A stretch of DNA of 19,416 bases from Polyangiales bacterium (GTDB lineage: Bacteria > Myxococcota_A > Polyangia > Polyangiales > Houyiibacteriaceae). Shown in pieces: positions 16,342 through 19,416 of the stretch. The DNA lies in NCBI GenBank assembly GCA_047619315.1, contig JBLHKB010000058.1, positions 1 to 19,416 of the forward strand. The letters are read 5' to 3'. The notes under the pieces are model-generated. The model was not told the DNA's origin. It did no database searches and worked only from the letters and a program-made list of their open reading frames with translations. Every line of letters starts with the position of its first letter. Within the stretch, counting starts at the first letter, position 1. The position numbers and the translations under genes are program-made.

Positions 16342-17427
16342 TCAACCCTTCGGCAAGCGAAGACCGGCCAGACTTCCGGGACCGTCACCAACCACAACGT
16401 GGAGGTCGCCAACACCCGAGAGGATGTCCTTGAGCGCTTCCATCTCCTTGAGACGCATCGCACCTGGGGACTCTTCGAGCACCTTCGCGCTCTGCGCCAG
16501 CGAACGCATCGCCGCCACGTCTTCGCGTCGCAGAATCACCTTCGCCGCCGCTTCCTTCTCCGCCTCGATGACGCGGTTGAGGAGCACCTTCATGTCACCG
16601 GGAAGAACGATGTCCTTCACGCCAAGTCGAATCAGCTTGAGGCCCATGGCCTCTGCGTCGCTCGTCAGCGCCTCGTGCAAATGCGAAGCGAAGTCGCTCC
16701 GACCATCGAGGAGCTCGTCGAGCTTCACGCCCGCCACGTACTCACGCGCGGCAAGCTGCAGTCGCAAGTAGATCGCGTCGCGCACGGACTCCCGCAAGAG
16801 CACGCTGCGCAGCACGTCCTGCACTTCGTACTCCGCCGTGAGCGTCAAACGAAGCGTGACCTTGTCCCGCGTCATCAAGTCCTGGCCCATCACGTTGACG
16901 AGCTGCGTTCGCAGGTCGACCTTGGTGACGGCTACCGGCGCGTGGGCCTGCGTCCAGAACACATGCATGCCTGGCGCAAGCTCGCGGTCCACGCGGCCTG
17001 CCACGAAGAGCACGCCGCGTTCGTATTCCGCGATGACTTGAAACGACACCTCGCTCGCCGGAATGAGCTGCATGAGCTCCTTCGTAGGCTTCGCGAGGGC
17101 CTTTCCCGCGTCGTAGCGCACGAGCTTCATCTCGGCTTCGAGGTTCCATCGGCGGTGAACACCGGGACGTAGGTAGCGCCGCGGCACACCGTCGACGAAG
17201 AGCACTGCGCGCTCATCCTCAGCGACCTCGAACTCCTCGTACCAGTCGCTTGGGATCACCGCGCGCAGCTCCGCCGGCACGTTCATCACAAGCTCGTTGA
17301 GATCCAAACGCACCACCTCGGTCTTGCCGAAGTAGTGATGACGCCCGGGCATCAACGCGGCCGTGGCGACGCCGTTGCGCAAAAGAATGCCTCGTTCGTG
17401 GAATCGGATTTCGTGCGTGCTGAACAT
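16342..17427 (-). CDS. SPFH/Band-7 (stomatin/prohibitin-like) domain protein without a transmembrane anchor
   Basis: SPFH core (VTLRLTLTAEYEVQDVLRSVLLRESVRDAIYLRLQLAAREYVAGVKLDELL...) followed by a coiled-coil stretch (LLNRVIEAEKEAAAKVILRREDVAAMRSLAQ). N-terminus has two related beta-rich segments (FHERGILLRNG...MPGRHHYF and YERGVLFVAGRVDRELAPGMHVFW). No hydrophobic helix. Confidence 0.85.
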   Translation of the reverse strand: MFSTHEIRFHERGILLRNGVATAALMPGRHHYFGKTEVVRLDLNELVMNVPAELRAVIPSDWYEEFEVAEDERAVLFVDGVPRRYLRPGVHRRWNLEAEMKLVRYDAGKALAKPTKELMQLIPASEVSFQVIAEYERGVLFVAGRVDRELAPGMHVFWTQAHAPVAVTKVDLRTQLVNVMGQDLMTRDKVTLRLTLTAEYEVQDVLRSVLLRESVRDAIYLRLQLAAREYVAGVKLDELLDGRSDFASHLHEALTSDAEAMGLKLIRLGVKDIVLPGDMKVLLNRVIEAEKEAAAKVILRREDVAAMRSLAQSAKVLEESPGAMRLKEMEALKDILSGVGDLHVVVGDGPGSLAGLRLPKG

Positions 17428-17743
17428 TGTCTTCTCTCTTTCCTACGGCGCAGTCGCGCCAGGCGGCCTCACCAGTGGCGAGACGCAAAGATGCTGAAAC
17501 TCCGCCCCTCGCCCGCACTTGCGCCGAGCGCAGATGCACAACGAACGAGGAAGAGCGCTGGGTTCATCGTCGGGTCGCCGAGGCGAGGGCCCATCCCTCC
17601 GAAGAAGCTGGACTACCTTGGCCAAGGAGATGCGAGAATGAATGCAGCCGCGCTTGCTGCCATCGCTGGAGCCGCCAAAGTGCGACACCACGAAGGAACG
17701 GAGTTTCTGGATGGCCCCGATGCGGAGGGCCAGACCGTCGTGA

Positions 17744-17820
17744 AATGAAGCCTAATACTCTACCAATGAGTTACCGACCCGAAGGCCGGACGGGAATCGA
17801 ACCCGCTACCGTCAGGTAAT
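17744..17820 (-). tRNA. tRNA-like element with canonical D-arm, T-arm and acceptor pairing but in circularly permuted gene order (3' half, then 2 nt, then 5' half). Possibly a pseudogene or recombination scar.
   Basis: Minus-strand read: CCUGA CGGUA GCGGG-UUCGAUU-CCCGU CCGGCCU U c GGGUCGG UA ACUC-AUUGGUA-GAGU A UUAGG CUUCAUU. T-loop T54-Psi55-C56-R57-A58 with G53:C61. D-loop has A14, G18G19, A21. U8, A26. Acceptor strands pair 7/7 (including G1-U72 and U4-G69). Anticodon-stem halves pair 5/5 (U28-G42). No canonically ordered partner halves within about 300 nt on either side. Confidence 0.4.
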
Positions 17821-18178
17821 GTTCGACCAAAGAGCAGGCATGGTTTCAGGCCATGCTGTGCCACAACGTTTCGAACCCAGTCACCTACCCAATCACGGGG
17901 GCCTGGAACGCTGCTTTCGGTTTGTGAACACAGGACTCACTAGAGCAGGAGACGTGCCAGACGAAAAACAAGCGTTTTCTGCCTATGATGCCCACGAACT
18001 TTATCTGTTTGTATCGTGTTTTATCACGGCACAGATTGCCGAACTCGCCGTGACTGCCAGTGCACCGGTTGGGGTCTACGCACCTTGAAAAGGTCTGGTT
18101 TCGTCTCTCGAACACCCAGAATTGACACGGTGTGGCACAAAAAGGCACTGGCGCAGGGTGTGCAGCTACGACCTACAT

Positions 18179-18865
18179 ATGCGTACTATCTTCCTCTGCC
18201 TGGTGACGCTCATGATCACCACCACCGTCCACGGTCAGGCCCTCCCACCTGCGCCTGCCACGAGAGTCCTGCCGCAGCTTACACCTCTGGAAGAAGAGCC
18301 GGCTTCGGCACGCGCTCTTTTCCATGTAGGCGGCGGCGGCGGATTCCTCACCCGAGAGACCTCGTCATCCGGGTATCAGCAGCTTGAGAGCGCCCGTTAC
18401 AACGCGCCCGACACCTCGTGGCATCTCAACGCCGGGGCTCAGTTCGTCGCCACGGACTGGCTTCGCATCGGTGGAGAGCTCTCCTACGAGTTCGCAGGAG
18501 ACACCACAGAGATGATCATACGAGGGGAGATGGAGGCGCGCTCGACTCGTTTCCACATGGGGATCCTCGACCTCACTCTCACGCCCTACATCCGAGCAGG
18601 CCGTTTGCAGCTGGGACTTCGCTTCGCCGGCGGCTTTGGCTTCTCACGTTGGGTCCATAACTCGCGAGCCTCAGGCGGTGGAGTCTACCGAGCCAGCGCC
18701 GCGTTCGACATCTTCATTCCGCTCTCTCGCCGAAGTTCAAAAGGGCTCAACGTTCGCTTCGGCTATCAGCTCAGGCGCACTCTCCCGACGGGCCCCATCG
18801 ACCTCGTCTTTGACCACTCTTCTGTCTTCTTCAACGTCGCTTTCATGTTTGGAGCCAGCTCATGA
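18179..18865 (+). CDS. Secreted protein, probable outer-membrane beta-barrel
   Basis: Signal peptide (MRTIFLCLVTLMITTTVHG|Q). Alternating hydrophobic beta-strand patterns (LQLGLRFAGGFGFS, SAAFDIFIPL, NVRFGYQL, VFFNVAFMFGA). The ORF track opens at 18122, but the ATG at 18179 gives a proper signal peptide. Confidence 0.6.
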   Translation: MRTIFLCLVTLMITTTVHGQALPPAPATRVLPQLTPLEEEPASARALFHVGGGGGFLTRETSSSGYQQLESARYNAPDTSWHLNAGAQFVATDWLRIGGELSYEFAGDTTEMIIRGEMEARSTRFHMGILDLTLTPYIRAGRLQLGLRFAGGFGFSRWVHNSRASGGGVYRASAAFDIFIPLSRRSSKGLNVRFGYQLRRTLPTGPIDLVFDHSSVFFNVAFMFGASS

Positions 18866-19290
18866 TTCGCCTTGGTGCACTCTTATTCGCAATCGTCTTA
18901 CCCATCAGCGCAACGCTCACCGGCTGCTTCTGCGAGGAGTTCATTATCACGGAAGAGTTTGAAAACTTCTGTGACGACGGCGTGCCCTGCGGCTGGACCG
19001 CGACTGGACCCGTGACTCAGGTCCCCACGTACCACGACAATGTTTTCGGCGTCGCCGTCCCCGCTGGCACCACACTCTCGTCGCTCGAAGACTTCGGCTC
19101 CCGCCGACCTGGGGTCTTGGCGCGATGCGACGCCGGCGCGTCACTTGTGCTCAACGGCGAGACGACGACGGTGCCAAGCGATTCCTTCGACTGGGTCTTC
19201 TCAGGCAGCGGTGCCACCACGATCACCGTCACCGGCACTGGCCAATGCGTGATCGATGACATTGGCTTCGAGGATGATTGTCTGTACTAG
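18862..19290 (+). CDS. Small Cys-rich lipoprotein, hypothetical
   Basis: ATGA start/stop overlap with the upstream gene. Lipoprotein signal (MIRLGALLFAIVLPISATLTGC). Cys pairs (CFCEEF...FCDDGVPCGW...C...C...C) and Thr/Gly-rich beta-like repeats (TTITVTGTG). Confidence 0.65.
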   Translation: MIRLGALLFAIVLPISATLTGCFCEEFIITEEFENFCDDGVPCGWTATGPVTQVPTYHDNVFGVAVPAGTTLSSLEDFGSRRPGVLARCDAGASLVLNGETTTVPSDSFDWVFSGSGATTITVTGTGQCVIDDIGFEDDCLY

Positions 19291-19416
19291 CGACGCTTCT
19301 GCATCCACGCCGTGCTCTTCTCGAGCACGGTGTAGAACGCTTCTGGCGCAGCACGCTTCAAACGCCAGAGCGCTTTTCCATCCGCCATGGGCACGGAGTA
19401 GATCCGCCCCTTCGTA
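19287..19416 (-). CDS. 3' end of a minus-strand gene running off the window (...YSVPMADGKALWRLKRAAPEAFYTVLEKSTAWMQKRR*). Product unknown.
   Basis: Open frame from the window edge to a TAG stop (revcomp of 19287-19289). Overlaps the convergent lipoprotein stop by 4 nt. Too short for domain assignment. Confidence 0.3.
   Translation of the reverse strand, partial: TKGRIYSVPMADGKALWRLKRAAPEAFYTVLEKSTAWMQKRR

Noticed and set aside
16231-17172. 313-aa plus-strand ORF antisense to the SPFH gene
   Set aside because: Extremely Arg/His-rich (RRRFLLRLDD..., HLARRNELHELLRRLREG). The opposite strand encodes a clear SPFH domain.
17335-17748. 137-aa plus-strand ORF spanning the SPFH start and the gene-free region
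   Set aside because: Its N-terminal part overlaps the SPFH 5' end in another frame and is Arg-rich. Only its last 36 codons, with their own strong SD, are kept as a low-confidence mini-ORF in the findings.
17838-17856. Hairpin read as a plus-strand tRNA-Sec-like anticodon arm (6-bp stem, loop UUUCAGG with UCA anticodon)
   Set aside because: I could not build D-arm, T-arm or acceptor pairing around it on the plus strand. The neighbouring GGTTCGAAAC-like string does not form a T-arm. Kept only as an unexplained hairpin.
17744-18140. tmRNA (ssrA) hypothesis, including the two-piece permuted form, for the tRNA-like element
   Set aside because: No 5' GGGG...GGAUUCGACGGG tRNA-like start, no tag-peptide reading frame or pseudoknot-rich body. 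A D-arm is present, which tmRNA lacks. The features fit a tRNA, not tmRNA.
18131-18147. Possible sigma-54 promoter TGGCAC-aaaaa-GGCAC upstream of the outer-membrane gene
   Set aside because: The -12 element (TTGCW) is absent and shifted by one position. It is a GGCAC direct repeat, not a credible -24/-12 promoter.
1-19416. Scan for CRISPR arrays, IS elements or transposases, integrases, rRNA, and long tandem repeats
   Set aside because: None seen. There are no regularly spaced direct repeats, no DDE or tyrosine-recombinase-like ORFs, and no rRNA-like conserved stretches. The only repeats are short GGC runs inside coding sequence (18330s) and the palindromes described above.

Overview
This 19.4 kb window is high-GC (roughly two-thirds G+C by eye) and densely coding on both strands. 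It looks like a chromosomal segment from a Myxococcota-like (deltaproteobacterial) genome. That guess rests only on GC content, Cys/Asp-rich lipoproteins and the abundance of two-component genes. I see no rRNA, CRISPR array, transposase or integrase. I support about 20 protein-coding genes.

**Housekeeping genes**
- Signal peptidase I (lepB-like).
- An RDD membrane protein.
- The ribosome-binding ATPase YchF, followed 1 bp later by a small membrane protein.

**Sensing and signalling**
- A three-gene minus-strand operon: a TolB-like beta-propeller protein, a membrane-anchored protein, and a cytoplasmic PAS hybrid histidine kinase.
- A PhoB/OmpR-type response regulator and a PhoR-like HAMP-PAS histidine kinase, separated by a Cys-rich lipoprotein and a hypothetical gene.

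**Metabolic and membrane proteins**
- A TauD/TfdA dioxygenase convergent with a large multi-pass membrane protein (DUF3556-like).
- A periplasmic rhodanese.
- A TM-less SPFH/Band-7 protein with a clean intrinsic terminator.
- An outer-membrane beta-barrel candidate translationally coupled to a Cys-rich lipoprotein.

**Most unusual observations**
1. A roughly 750-bp gene-free, AT-richer region (17428-18178) holds a tRNA-like element. Every tRNA hallmark nucleotide is present, but the order is circularly permuted: the 3' half, then 2 nt, then the 5' half.
2. A GTGA-coupled pair: a YceI-like lipid-binding protein and a DUF3095-like protein. The latter's motifs resemble the metal-binding palm of class III nucleotidyl cyclases. 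This may be an uncharacterised signalling module.

Several candidate operator sites and start-codon corrections are also noted.
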